Below, piece after piece: positions 7,914 to 17,169 of a stretch of 32,000 nucleotides of DNA. Within the stretch, counting starts at the first letter, position 1. Each line of letters opens with the position of its first letter. The DNA comes from Mycolicibacterium smegmatis. Its GTDB lineage: Bacteria > Actinomycetota > Actinomycetes > Mycobacteriales > Mycobacteriaceae. The translations under genes and the position numbers were made by a program. Where the stretch lies: contig NZ_LN831039.1 of NCBI RefSeq assembly GCF_001457595.1, forward strand, positions 4,530,001-4,562,000, in the 5' to 3' direction. The notes below the pieces were generated by a model, which worked only from the letters and a program-made list of their open reading frames with translations, was not told the DNA's origin and searched no databases.

Positions 7914-9467
7914 ATGGCCACCACCGAACCCGTACCGGTCACCCCCAGAGTCACCGAGGTCGAGCAACACGGCGTCGAACCGATTCCCGACGCCGAACGC
8001 ACGGCGCGCCCGCTCGATCTGTTCCGTCTGGTGTTCGGCGGCGCGAACACCATCGCGACCGTGGTGCTGGGCACCTTCCCCATCATCTTCGGCCTGTCGT
8101 TCCGTGACGCCTTGCTCGCCACGCTCGCGGGCCTGGTTCTCGGTGCGCTGATCCTCGCGCCGATGTCACTGTTCGGCCCGCGCAACGGCACCAACAACGC
8201 GGTGTCCTCATCGGCACACCTCGGCGTCCACGGCCGCGTCGTGGGGTCATTCCTGTCGCTTCTGACCGCGGTCGCGTTCTTCTCGATCTCGGTGTGGACC
8301 TCCGGCGATGTGCTCGTCGGCGGCGCCAACCGGGCGATCGACGTGCCCCAGAACGACATCGCCGTGGGTGTCGCCTACGGCATCTTCGCGGTGCTGGTGC
8401 TCGTGGTGTGCATCTACGGCTTCCGATTCATGCTGCTGGTCAACAAGATTGCCGTGATCGCGGCGACATTGCTCTTCCTGGCAGGGGTTTTCGCGTTCGG
8501 CGGCGTGTTCGACGCGGGCTATGCCGGCAGCGTGGCGCTCGGTGATCCGCTGTTCTGGCCGTCATTCGTCGGCGCCGCGCTCATCGTGATGTCCAACCCG
8601 GTGTCGTTCGGGGCGTTCCTCGGTGACTGGGCGCGCTACATCCCGCGCGACACCCCGTCGTGGAAGCCCATGCTCGCGGCGTTCTCCGCCCAGATCGCGA
8701 CGCTGGTGCCATTCCTGTTCGGTCTGGTCACCGCGACCGTGATCGCCACCACCGCACCGGATTACATCGCAAACGGTGACTACGTCGGTGGCCTGCTGAG
8801 CGTCTCGCCAGGCTGGTACTTCGTGCCGGTGTGCCTGATCGCGCTGATCGGTGGCATGTCCACCGGCACCACCGCGCTGTACGGCACGGGTCTGGACTTC
8901 TCCAGCGTGTTCCCCAAGTTCAGCCGTGTGCAGGCCACGATCTTCATCGGCTCGATCGCGATCGTGTTCATCTTCATCGGCCGCTTCGCCTTCAATGTGG
9001 TGCAGAGCATCTCGACGTTCGCGGTGCTGATCGTGACGTGCACCGCGCCGTGGATGGTCGTGATGATGATCGGCTGGTTCACCCGCCGCGGCTGGTACGA
9101 CTCGGACGCGCTGCAGGTGTTCAACCGCCGCCAGCGCGGTGGGCGGTACTGGTTCGACCACGGCTGGAACTGGCGCGGCCTGACCGCGTGGCTCATCTCG
9201 GCCGCACTGTCCATCTGCTTCGTGAACCTGCCCGACCAGTTCGTCGGCCCGCTCGGCAATCTCGCCGACGGCATCGACCTGTCCATCCCGGTGGGCCTCG
9301 GCCTGGCCGCGGTGCTCTACCCGGTGCTGCTGTGGCTCTCCCCCGAACCGCGTGACGCCTTCGGGCCGGACGGCCCGCGCGGCGTCCCGTCCGGCGCCCC
9401 CGCCAACACCCCGATCGTGTCCCAGGACGCGGTGATCTCCACCCACACAGAGGAAGTTCCAGCATGA
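7914..9467 (+). CDS. NCS1 family (purine-cytosine permease-like) transporter
   Basis: 517 aa and about 12 TM segments. The N-terminus is typical of CodB-like permeases ([35 protein letters not shown]). AGAGGA lies 6 nt upstream of the ATG. Confidence 0.85.
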   Translation: MATTEPVPVTPRVTEVEQHGVEPIPDAERTARPLDLFRLVFGGANTIATVVLGTFPIIFGLSFRDALLATLAGLVLGALILAPMSLFGPRNGTNNAVSSSAHLGVHGRVVGSFLSLLTAVAFFSISVWTSGDVLVGGANRAIDVPQNDIAVGVAYGIFAVLVLVVCIYGFRFMLLVNKIAVIAATLLFLAGVFAFGGVFDAGYAGSVALGDPLFWPSFVGAALIVMSNPVSFGAFLGDWARYIPRDTPSWKPMLAAFSAQIATLVPFLFGLVTATVIATTAPDYIANGDYVGGLLSVSPGWYFVPVCLIALIGGMSTGTTALYGTGLDFSSVFPKFSRVQATIFIGSIAIVFIFIGRFAFNVVQSISTFAVLIVTCTAPWMVVMMIGWFTRRGWYDSDALQVFNRRQRGGRYWFDHGWNWRGLTAWLISAALSICFVNLPDQFVGPLGNLADGIDLSIPVGLGLAAVLYPVLLWLSPEPRDAFGPDGPRGVPSGAPANTPIVSQDAVISTHTEEVPA

Positions 9468-10423
9468 CCGCCACCAGCACCCCCATCGGCCCCGTCGACG
9501 CCTCCAAGGTGCCGCGTTTCGCCGGGCCGGCGACGTTCGCGCGCCTTCCGCGCCTGGACCAGGTGACCAAGGCCGACGTCGTGATCGCCGGTGTGCCGTT
9601 CGACACCGGTGTGTCCTACCGCCCCGGCGCCCGCTTCGGCCCCACCCACGTGCGCGAGTCCTCGCGCCTGCTGCGGCCCTACAACCCCGGCCTGGACGTG
9701 TCGCCGTTCGAGGTCGTACAGGTCGCCGACGCCGGCGACGTCGCGGTGAACCCGTTCAACATCCACGAGGCCATCGAGACCATCGAGGGCGCCGCACGCG
9801 ACATCACCGCCGACGGAAAGAAACTCGTGACCATCGGCGGCGACCACACGATCGCGCTGCCCTTGCTGCGCGCGGCGGCCGCCAAGCACGGTCCCGTCGC
9901 GCTCGTGCATTTCGACGCCCACCTCGACACGTGGGACACCTATTTCGGCGCCGAGTACACTCACGGCACCCCGTTCCGCCGCGCGGTCGAGGAAGGCATC
10001 CTCGACACCGAGGCGCTGTCGCACGTCGGCACCCGCGGTCCGCTGTACGGCAAGAAGGACCTCGAGGACGACCGGCGTTTCGGGTTCGGCATCGTCACGT
10101 CGTCCGACGTCTACTACCAGGGCGTGCGGGAGGTCGTCGACAAGCTGCGCCAACGCGTCGGCAACCGGCCGGTCTACCTGTCGATCGACATCGACGTGCT
10201 CGACCCGGCCCACGCACCCGGCACCGGCACGCCCGAGGCCGGCGGCATGACCAGCCGCGAACTGCTGGAGATCCTGCGCGGTTTCCGCGGTCTCAACCTC
10301 GTGGGCGCAGACGTCGTCGAGGTGGCCCCGGCCTACGACCATGCCGAGATGACGGGTGTGGCCGCCGCGCACGTCGCCTACGACCTGGTGTCGCTGCTCG
10401 CCCTCGGCCCCGACGAAGCCTGA
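9464..10423 (+). CDS. agmatinase-family ureohydrolase (agmatinase / guanidino-acid hydrolase)
   Basis: The Mn-ligand motifs are GGDHTI, DAHLDTW and [22 protein letters not shown]. There is an ATGA overlap with the upstream permease. Confidence 0.9.
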   Translation: MTATSTPIGPVDASKVPRFAGPATFARLPRLDQVTKADVVIAGVPFDTGVSYRPGARFGPTHVRESSRLLRPYNPGLDVSPFEVVQVADAGDVAVNPFNIHEAIETIEGAARDITADGKKLVTIGGDHTIALPLLRAAAAKHGPVALVHFDAHLDTWDTYFGAEYTHGTPFRRAVEEGILDTEALSHVGTRGPLYGKKDLEDDRRFGFGIVTSSDVYYQGVREVVDKLRQRVGNRPVYLSIDIDVLDPAHAPGTGTPEAGGMTSRELLEILRGFRGLNLVGADVVEVAPAYDHAEMTGVAAAHVAYDLVSLLALGPDEA

Positions 10424-12045
10424 TGAGCGCACGCAACGGTGGTGACGTCGTCGTCGAAACCCTGACGGCACTGGGCGTCTCGCACGTCTTCGGCATTCCC
10501 GGGCAGAACGCGCTGGGTCTGTTCGACGCGATCCGCCGCAGCAAGCTGACCTTCATCAGTTCGCGGGTGGAGAACAACTCGGCGTTCGGCGCCGACGGCT
10601 ACAGCCGCGCCACGGGCGACGTCGGCGTGCTGTTCCTGTCCACCGGGCCCGGTGCGCTCACCGCGCTCGGCGCCCTGCAGGAGGCCCACGCCACCGGGGT
10701 TCCGGTGCTGGTGATCGCCAGCCAGGTGCCCCGGGCCGGCATGGGCCTGCGGCGCGGCATGCTGCACCAACTCGACGACCAGAAGGCCAGCGCCGCCAAC
10801 GTCACCAAGAGCACGGCCGTGGCCCGCGACGCCGCGGCGATCCCGAGCCTCATCGCCGACGCCTACGAACTGGCGTTGTCGGCGCCGGCAGGCCCGGTGT
10901 GGGTCGAGATCCCGCAGGACGTGCTGACCGAGCCCACGTCGGTGCCGCCCGTGTCCACGCTCACGGTGCACCCCACCTACCGGTCCCCGCGGCCCGAACT
11001 CGTCGACGCCGCAGCGGATCTGCTCAACGGTGCGCGGCGGCCCGTCATTCTCGCCGGCGGCGGTGTACGGCGCTCCCCCGGTGGGCCGGCCGCGCTGGTG
11101 GAGTTCGCCGAGGCCCTCGGCGCCCCGGTGGTGTCGACGGTCGGGGGCAAGGGCGCCATCGCATTCGACCATCCGCTGTCGGCGGCATCGTGGATCGAGG
11201 ACCGTCACACCACCGCGCTGCTCGAAGACGCCGACGTGCTGGTGGCGGTCGGCACCGCCATGGGCGAGGTCACCAGCAACTACTTCACGTTCGCGCCGCG
11301 CGGACAGCTCATCCATATCGACGCCGAAGCCCGTGTGTTGCAGGCCAATCACCCGGCGCTGGCGATGCACGCCGACGCCGCACAGGCGCTGAACGCTCTG
11401 ACGCCGCGCGTACACCCGCGTGACGATGCCGAGGGCGCGCGCACCGCGGCGGCCCTGCGAAAAGCCGTGCAGGACCGCCTCTCCGCACAGGATCTGGGTA
11501 CCGAGCAGAAGCTGATGCGCGACCTGCGGACCGCCGTGCCCGCGAGCACGCACACATTCTGGGACATGACCATCGCCGGCTACTGGGCGTGGTCGGCCTG
11601 GGATCCGCAGCAGGGTGAATTCCATTCCGCCCAGGGTGCAGGCGGTCTCGGCTTCGCGTTTCCGGCCGCGCTGGCCGCCGCGATCGCGACGGGTCGACGC
11701 ACGTTCGCGGTGTCCGGCGACGGCGGCGCGATGTACTCGATCGCCGAACTCGCCACCGCGCGCCAGCACGACGCCGACATCACGTGGCTCGTCGTCGACG
11801 ACGGCGGCTACGGAATCCTGCGCGAGTACATGACCGCGGAGTTCGGCGCCGCGACCGCCACCGAACTGGCCCGGCCCGACTTCGCGCGCCTGGCAGAAAG
11901 TTTCGGCATTCCTGCACACACCGCGACCATCGACGACGTCGGTGACCTGGTCGCGGCCTCATTCGAACACGACGGACCGACAGTCATCGTCCTGCCCGCC
12001 GTCCTGCAGATGTTCGCCCCCACCCACCTCCCACCTAAGGAATGA
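10423..12045 (+). CDS. thiamine-diphosphate-dependent enzyme, acetolactate-synthase large-subunit-like
   Basis: The in-frame ATG at 10423 overlaps the agmatinase stop (TGATG). The N-terminus is GGDVVVETLTALGVSHVFGIPGQNA. The ThDP motif is GDGGAMYSIAEL...VVDDGGYGIL. 540 aa. No small-subunit gene is present. Confidence 0.85.
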   Translation: MSARNGGDVVVETLTALGVSHVFGIPGQNALGLFDAIRRSKLTFISSRVENNSAFGADGYSRATGDVGVLFLSTGPGALTALGALQEAHATGVPVLVIASQVPRAGMGLRRGMLHQLDDQKASAANVTKSTAVARDAAAIPSLIADAYELALSAPAGPVWVEIPQDVLTEPTSVPPVSTLTVHPTYRSPRPELVDAAADLLNGARRPVILAGGGVRRSPGGPAALVEFAEALGAPVVSTVGGKGAIAFDHPLSAASWIEDRHTTALLEDADVLVAVGTAMGEVTSNYFTFAPRGQLIHIDAEARVLQANHPALAMHADAAQALNALTPRVHPRDDAEGARTAAALRKAVQDRLSAQDLGTEQKLMRDLRTAVPASTHTFWDMTIAGYWAWSAWDPQQGEFHSAQGAGGLGFAFPAALAAAIATGRRTFAVSGDGGAMYSIAELATARQHDADITWLVVDDGGYGILREYMTAEFGAATATELARPDFARLAESFGIPAHTATIDDVGDLVAASFEHDGPTVIVLPAVLQMFAPTHLPPKE

Positions 12046-12049
12046 CATC

Positions 12050-13537
12050 GTGGGCAAACCGCTCGATATCGCCATCGTCGCCGTCTACCTGATCGCCATG
12101 CTGGCGTTCGGTTTCTGGGGCAAGACCCGCACCAAGGATTCGGCCGACTTCCTGGTGGCCGGACGCCGTCTCGGCCCGACCCTCTACACCGGCACCATGG
12201 CCGCGGTGGTGCTCGGCGGCGCCTCGACCGTCGGCGGCGTGGGCCTGGGCTACAAGTGGGGCCTGTCCGGCATGTGGCTGGTGGTCGCGATCGCCGTCGG
12301 CCTGCTGGCGCTGAGCCTGCTGTTCGCCGGGCGCATCCAGCGCCTGAAGGTGTACACGGTCGCGCAGATGCTGAGCCTGCGCTACGGCGTGGACGCCACC
12401 TCGGCCTCGGGCGTGGTGATGGTCACCTACACGCTGATGCTGTCGGTCACCTCCACGATCGCCTACGCGACGGTGTTCAACGTCCTGTTCGGCACGGGCC
12501 GAACGGTTTCCGTGCTCATCGGCGGTGCCGTGGTCATGCTGTACTCGTCGATCGGCGGCATGTGGTCGATCACGCTCACCGACATGGTGCAGTTCATCCT
12601 CAAGACCATCGGCGTGTTCTTCCTGCTGTTGCCGTTCACGTGGAACCGGGCCGGCGGCCTCGACGGCATCCGCGAACGCGCAGGCGACGCGGTGTTCAGC
12701 CTCACCGCGATCGGCACCGAGACCATCATCACGTTCTTCGTGGTCTACAGCTTCGGAATGCTGATCGGGCAGGACATCTGGCAACGCGTGTTCACCGCAC
12801 GCTCACCGCAGGTCGCCAAGTGGGGCGGCACCACCGCGGCCCTGTACTGCGTGGCCTACGGCGTGGCGGGCGCGTTGATCGGTGCGGCCGCGTCGACCTT
12901 CCTTCCCGACGTGGAGGCCAAGGACGACGTCTACGCCCAGATCGCCGAATCGATTCTGCCCGTGGGCATCAGCGGCCTGGTGCTGGCCGCCGCGGTCGCG
13001 GCGATGATGTCGACGGCCTCGGGCGCGCTGATCGCCACCGCGACCGTCGCGCGCACCGACGTCCGGCCGCTGCTGTTGCGCCTCGTCGGCCGCCGCACCG
13101 AAACCGTCACCGACGACCCGAGTCTGGAGGTCCATGCCGACCGCCGCTACGTGGTGGTGCTGGGCATCGTCGTCATCGTCATCGCGGCCCTGCTCAACGA
13201 CGTGGTCGGCGCCCTGACCATCGCCTACGACATTCTGGTCGGCGGCCTGCTGGTGCCGATCCTCGGCGGGTTCGTGTGGAAACGCGCGACCGGTGCCGGT
13301 GCGCTCGTCGCGATGGGTGTGGGCACCGTGGTGACACTGGGCACCATGGCCATCGTCGGCGATGTGCTGGCCAACGACCCGATCTACTGGGGTCTGGCGA
13401 CCAGCCTGGTGGCCTACGTGGCGGTGAGCCTCGCGACCACCCGCACGCCCGCACCGGTGTTGCAGGTGTGGAACGACCGCCTGGCCGGTCGCGACCAGAC
13501 CGCTACTGCCGGCGAGATTCCCACGGCCACGTCATGA
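12050..13537 (+). CDS. sodium:solute symporter (SSS) family transporter
   Basis: GTG at 12050 is preceded by AAGGAA (12037-12042). The N-terminus LDIAIVAVYLIAMLAFGFWGKTRTKDSADFLVAGRRLG is typical of the SSS family. The protein is polytopic. Confidence 0.85.
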   Translation: MGKPLDIAIVAVYLIAMLAFGFWGKTRTKDSADFLVAGRRLGPTLYTGTMAAVVLGGASTVGGVGLGYKWGLSGMWLVVAIAVGLLALSLLFAGRIQRLKVYTVAQMLSLRYGVDATSASGVVMVTYTLMLSVTSTIAYATVFNVLFGTGRTVSVLIGGAVVMLYSSIGGMWSITLTDMVQFILKTIGVFFLLLPFTWNRAGGLDGIRERAGDAVFSLTAIGTETIITFFVVYSFGMLIGQDIWQRVFTARSPQVAKWGGTTAALYCVAYGVAGALIGAAASTFLPDVEAKDDVYAQIAESILPVGISGLVLAAAVAAMMSTASGALIATATVARTDVRPLLLRLVGRRTETVTDDPSLEVHADRRYVVVLGIVVIVIAALLNDVVGALTIAYDILVGGLLVPILGGFVWKRATGAGALVAMGVGTVVTLGTMAIVGDVLANDPIYWGLATSLVAYVAVSLATTRTPAPVLQVWNDRLAGRDQTATAGEIPTATS

Positions 13538-14189
13538 GTGCCCACACGACCAGCACCAGTGCGCTCGCGGTCAGCACGTACACCGGCCACGGGCCCATCA
13601 CGTCGAGCAGTGATGCGGTCGCGGGTTTGGCGTTGAGGAAGCCGTAGTTGGTGCCCGCGATGCCGTTGAACGCCATGGTGACCGCGGTCCACGTCGCGGT
13701 CACCACCACGGCGAAGCGGTAACTGCGCCACGTGGGGCGCATGCCACGTCCCCAGCACAGGTAGATCGCAGCCCACACCACCAGCAGGTGGATCGACCAG
13801 AACGCCAGGAATTCGTGGTGGGGGAAATCCGGGCTCTTGAGCACGGGGGAGATCAGCGCCTGCGCGCTGAGTGTCAGGCCCCAGTAGTAGGTCAGCTCGA
13901 ACGCCCACTGCCGCTGCGACCAGAACGCGTACGCCCCGGCGACCGTGGCCAGGTCGGTCAGGCGCAGCGGCACCGACCGTTGCAGCGTCGGCGGGATCCA
14001 CGTGTAGACCAGCATCGCGACGTAGATCGCGGCGGTCACCCCGCCGAGGACCCGCCCCAGCACCCGCGCCTGGCGCTCGGTCTGCCTGCGCCCCAGCCAC
14101 ACGAGCACCACGGCCACGATCACGAACACGGCGATCGCCGACCAGTACGACGGCCCGTAGGCCGTGAACTGCCGCTGCGCCGCGTTCAT
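13503..14189 (-). CDS. polytopic membrane protein, TIGR02206/YwaF-like
   Basis: 228 aa with multiple TM segments and the motifs LRLTDLATVAGAYAF and YYWGLTLSAQALISP. The family assignment is from memory. Its 3' end overlaps the symporter 3' end by 35 nt. Confidence 0.65.
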   Translation of the reverse strand: MNAAQRQFTAYGPSYWSAIAVFVIVAVVLVWLGRRQTERQARVLGRVLGGVTAAIYVAMLVYTWIPPTLQRSVPLRLTDLATVAGAYAFWSQRQWAFELTYYWGLTLSAQALISPVLKSPDFPHHEFLAFWSIHLLVVWAAIYLCWGRGMRPTWRSYRFAVVVTATWTAVTMAFNGIAGTNYGFLNAKPATASLLDVMGPWPVYVLTASALVLVVWALMTWPWESRRQ

Positions 14190-14198
14190 CTCGTCAGC

Positions 14199-14231
14199 TC
14201 ATCGCAGTGTCATCGCTGTGTCATCGCAGTG
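14199..14231. repeat. three head-to-tail copies of an 11-bp unit TCATCGC(A/T)GTG, with degenerate flanking copies
   Basis: TCATCGCAGTG lies at 14199-14209, TCATCGCTGTG at 14210-14220 and TCATCGCAGTG at 14221-14231. A degenerate fourth unit, TCACTGCGCCT, contains the pmbA stop. The repeat fills the 42-bp gap between two minus-strand genes. Confidence 0.85.
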
Positions 14232-15593
14232 TCACTGCGCCTGGCTCACCGACGACATGTGGAAATCGGGGATGCGCAGGGTGGGCATCGCAGACCTGGT
14301 CGCCCAGTCGCCCCACTCGCGTGGCAGTGTGCGCTCGCTGATGCCCGCCTCGCTCGCGCGCCGCAACAGATCCAGCGGGCTCTCGTTGAAGCGGAAGTTG
14401 TTGACCGCCGCGGTGACCTCACCGTCCTCGATGAGATACACCCCGTCACGCGTGAGACCCGTCAACAACAGCACGGTCGGATCCACCACGCGGATGTACC
14501 ACAGCGTGGTCAGCAGCAGACCGCGTTCGGTGGCCGCGATCATGTCGGCCAGTTCGGTTGTGCCACCGGTCATCAGCAGGTTGTCGGCGGGTGCGGTGAC
14601 CGGCGCGTTGTACTCGGCGGCAACCGCGCGCGGGTAGGCCAGCGCGTTGATCACGCCGTCTTTGATCCAGTCGACGCGGCCGATGTCCATTCCGTTGTCG
14701 AAAATCGACACGCGCTCCGACGAACTGGGCACCGCGACGAACGGTTGGCACTCAAGGGATTCCGCGAAAGGATCGGAGTACAGCGTGAGCGGGAGATCGG
14801 TGAGCTTCTCCCCCACGCGGGTTCCGCCGGGCGCCGACAGCGCGGTACGTCCCTCGTGCGCGCCGCGGCCGTCCATGGTCCAGGTCAGGTAGATCATCAT
14901 GTCGGCCACGGTCGACGGCGGCATGATGGTCTCGTAGCGTCCGGCGGGCAGTTCCACGGTGCGTTCGGCCCACCCCAGCCGCAGCGAAAGATCGTCGAGC
15001 AGCGAATCAACCTGCACATCAAGGAAATCCGCGGTGCTCACGCCGGCCCACGCGCTGGCGCCGTTGCGCTTGGCGTTGATCTCCACCGAGCCGGTCGGCT
15101 GGGTGTAGCGCCGCCGCAGCCCGGTCGACGTGGCCACGAACGTCGTCTCCAGCACGTGACGGGCGTACCCGTACAACTGGTCGGTACCACGGAACGCCTT
15201 GGCGAGGTCCGGGGCGATACCGGTGAACACCTGCGCGCCGGTGCCGGGAACCGGTGCGTCCCAGTCGGCAGGCCCATCGTCGGCGGGCAGCGGCGGCGCG
15301 GCGTCGCGGGCCTCGGGCGCGTCGAGGGCCGCGCGCTGCGCGGCGGCCACGAGGTCGGGGATCACGGCCGGGTCGACGTCGCTGGTGCGCATCGATCCGA
15401 CGTGGGCCTTGCTCCCGCGCCGCACGATCGAGATGACGGTCGTGTTCCGGCTGACGGTTTCACCGTTGGTGGTCATCGAGTTGTTCGCCCAGCGCAGTGA
15501 CGCGTCGGCGCGGTCGGTGACCACCACGATGGTCTCCGTGCCGGAATCGGCTGCGCCGAGGGCGATGTCGACGACCTGCTGTGCGCCGATCAT
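14232..15593 (-). CDS. pmbA: PmbA/TldE-family metallopeptidase partner
   Basis: ORF 14232-15722 is trimmed to the ATG at 15593, which overlaps the tldD stop as ATGA (15590-15593). The N-terminus MIGAQQVVDIALGAAD...LRWANNSMTTNG is typical of the TldE family. Confidence 0.85.
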   Translation of the reverse strand: MIGAQQVVDIALGAADSGTETIVVVTDRADASLRWANNSMTTNGETVSRNTTVISIVRRGSKAHVGSMRTSDVDPAVIPDLVAAAQRAALDAPEARDAAPPLPADDGPADWDAPVPGTGAQVFTGIAPDLAKAFRGTDQLYGYARHVLETTFVATSTGLRRRYTQPTGSVEINAKRNGASAWAGVSTADFLDVQVDSLLDDLSLRLGWAERTVELPAGRYETIMPPSTVADMMIYLTWTMDGRGAHEGRTALSAPGGTRVGEKLTDLPLTLYSDPFAESLECQPFVAVPSSSERVSIFDNGMDIGRVDWIKDGVINALAYPRAVAAEYNAPVTAPADNLLMTGGTTELADMIAATERGLLLTTLWYIRVVDPTVLLLTGLTRDGVYLIEDGEVTAAVNNFRFNESPLDLLRRASEAGISERTLPREWGDWATRSAMPTLRIPDFHMSSVSQAQ

Positions 15594-17107
15594 CGTCCGG
15601 CCTCCGTTCGGGTGTTGAGCACGTTGACGCCGCGGAACAGCGCGCTCGGGCAGCCGTGGCTGACCGGCGCGACCTGCCCCGGCTGGGCCTTGCCGCAGTT
15701 GAAGGCCCCACCGAGACGCCATGTCGACGGTCCGCCCACAGCTTCCATCGAACCCCAGAAGTCGGTGGTGGTGGCCTGGTAGGCGACGTCACGCACCTGG
15801 CCGTCGAGCCTGCCATTGCGGATGCGGTAGAACCGCTGCCCGGTGAACTGGAAGTTGTAGCGCTGCATGTCGATCGACCAGCTCTTGTCGCCGACGATGT
15901 AGAGACCGTCGGACACGCGTGCGATCAGGTCGTCGGTGCGCACGTCCTCGGCCGCGGGCTGCAGCGACACGTTGGCCATGCGCTGGATCGGCACGTGGTG
16001 CGGCGAGTCGGCATACGAGCAGCCGTTGGACCGCGTCTCCCCCAGGCGCGGCGCGAACACCCGGTCGAGTTGATAGCCGACGAAGACGCCGTCGCGCACC
16101 AGGTCCCAGCTCTGCGAGCGCACACCCTCGTCGTCGAATCCGACTGTCGCCAGGCCGTGTTCGACCGTGCGGTCGGCGGTCACGTTCATCACCTCGGAGC
16201 CGTAGCGCATGGTGCCGAGTTTGTCCGGGGTCGCAAACGACGTTCCGGCATAGGCGGCCTCGTAGCCGATGGCACGGTCGTATTCGGTGGCGTGGCCGAT
16301 GGATTCGTGGATGGTGAGCCACAGGTTGGTCGGGTCGATCACCAGGTCCGTCGGCCCCGCGACGACCGACGGGGCCTTGGTCTTCTCGGCGAGCAGCGTC
16401 GGCAACTCGGCCAGCTCCCCGGCCCAGTCCCAGACGTCGGCGTCGGTCACGGCCTCCCAGCCGCGGCCCATGGGCGGGGCCAGCGCGCGCATGGTTTCGA
16501 ACGACCCGGCGGCCGAGTCGACCGCGACGGCCTCCAGCGTCGGCTGCACCCGTACGCGCTGCTGGGTGATCGACGAGCCGAACGTGTCGGCATAGAACGT
16601 CTGCTCCTTGACGGCGTGCACGGCCGCTGACACATGGTCGACGCCGTCAGCTGCCAGGAGCCGCCCGGAGTAGTCGTCGAGCACGGCGATCTTGTCGGCC
16701 GCCGACACGCCGAACGGGTCCACGCGATAGTTCGACACCCACGTCGCGTCGCGGTAGACGGGCTCGGGGGCAAGTTCGATGCGTTCGCCGTTGAGCGGTG
16801 CGAGGGCCGTCGCGACCGCCACGGCGCGGCGTGCGGTCTCGGCGGCGACGTCCTGGTCGAGTTCGGCGTTGGAGGCGAAACCCCACGTGCCGTCCACGAT
16901 CACCCGCACCGCCAGCCCGATCTCGCGGTCGTAAACCGAGGTCTCCAGCTCACCGTCGCGCAGCTGGATGATCTCGGTGGTGATGCGGTGTATCCGCAGA
17001 TCCGCGTAACTGGCGCCGGCGGCGACCGCGGCCGAGAGCGCCGCGTCCGCCAACTCGTGGCGTGGCAGACCGAGGAAGTCGGCGTCCACTTGTCGCTGAG
17101 CTGTCAC
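15590..17107 (-). CDS. tldD: TldD-family zinc metallopeptidase
   Basis: 505 aa with a GTG start. The HExxxH motif is IHESIGHATEYD. The C-terminal glycine-rich barrel motif is GGAFNCGKAQPGQVAPVSHGCP. Confidence 0.9.
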   Translation of the reverse strand: MTAQRQVDADFLGLPRHELADAALSAAVAAGASYADLRIHRITTEIIQLRDGELETSVYDREIGLAVRVIVDGTWGFASNAELDQDVAAETARRAVAVATALAPLNGERIELAPEPVYRDATWVSNYRVDPFGVSAADKIAVLDDYSGRLLAADGVDHVSAAVHAVKEQTFYADTFGSSITQQRVRVQPTLEAVAVDSAAGSFETMRALAPPMGRGWEAVTDADVWDWAGELAELPTLLAEKTKAPSVVAGPTDLVIDPTNLWLTIHESIGHATEYDRAIGYEAAYAGTSFATPDKLGTMRYGSEVMNVTADRTVEHGLATVGFDDEGVRSQSWDLVRDGVFVGYQLDRVFAPRLGETRSNGCSYADSPHHVPIQRMANVSLQPAAEDVRTDDLIARVSDGLYIVGDKSWSIDMQRYNFQFTGQRFYRIRNGRLDGQVRDVAYQATTTDFWGSMEAVGGPSTWRLGGAFNCGKAQPGQVAPVSHGCPSALFRGVNVLNTRTEAGR

Positions 17108-17169
17108 GGTTCCCCACGGTAGCGGCGCGCGGCGCCGTACACCCCGTCAAGGGAGCGGGTGTCGCGCGG

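Noticed and set aside
9317-11919. Long minus-strand ORFs (384 aa and 513 aa) opposite the agmatinase and ThDP-enzyme genes
   Set aside because: These are shadow frames with Arg/Gly/His-rich nonsense composition. The plus-strand genes carry unambiguous catalytic motifs and translational coupling.
13788-15500. A 570-aa plus-strand ORF opposite pmbA and the TIGR02206-like gene
   Set aside because: This is a shadow frame. The minus-strand products have family-typical sequences and the ATGA coupling to tldD.
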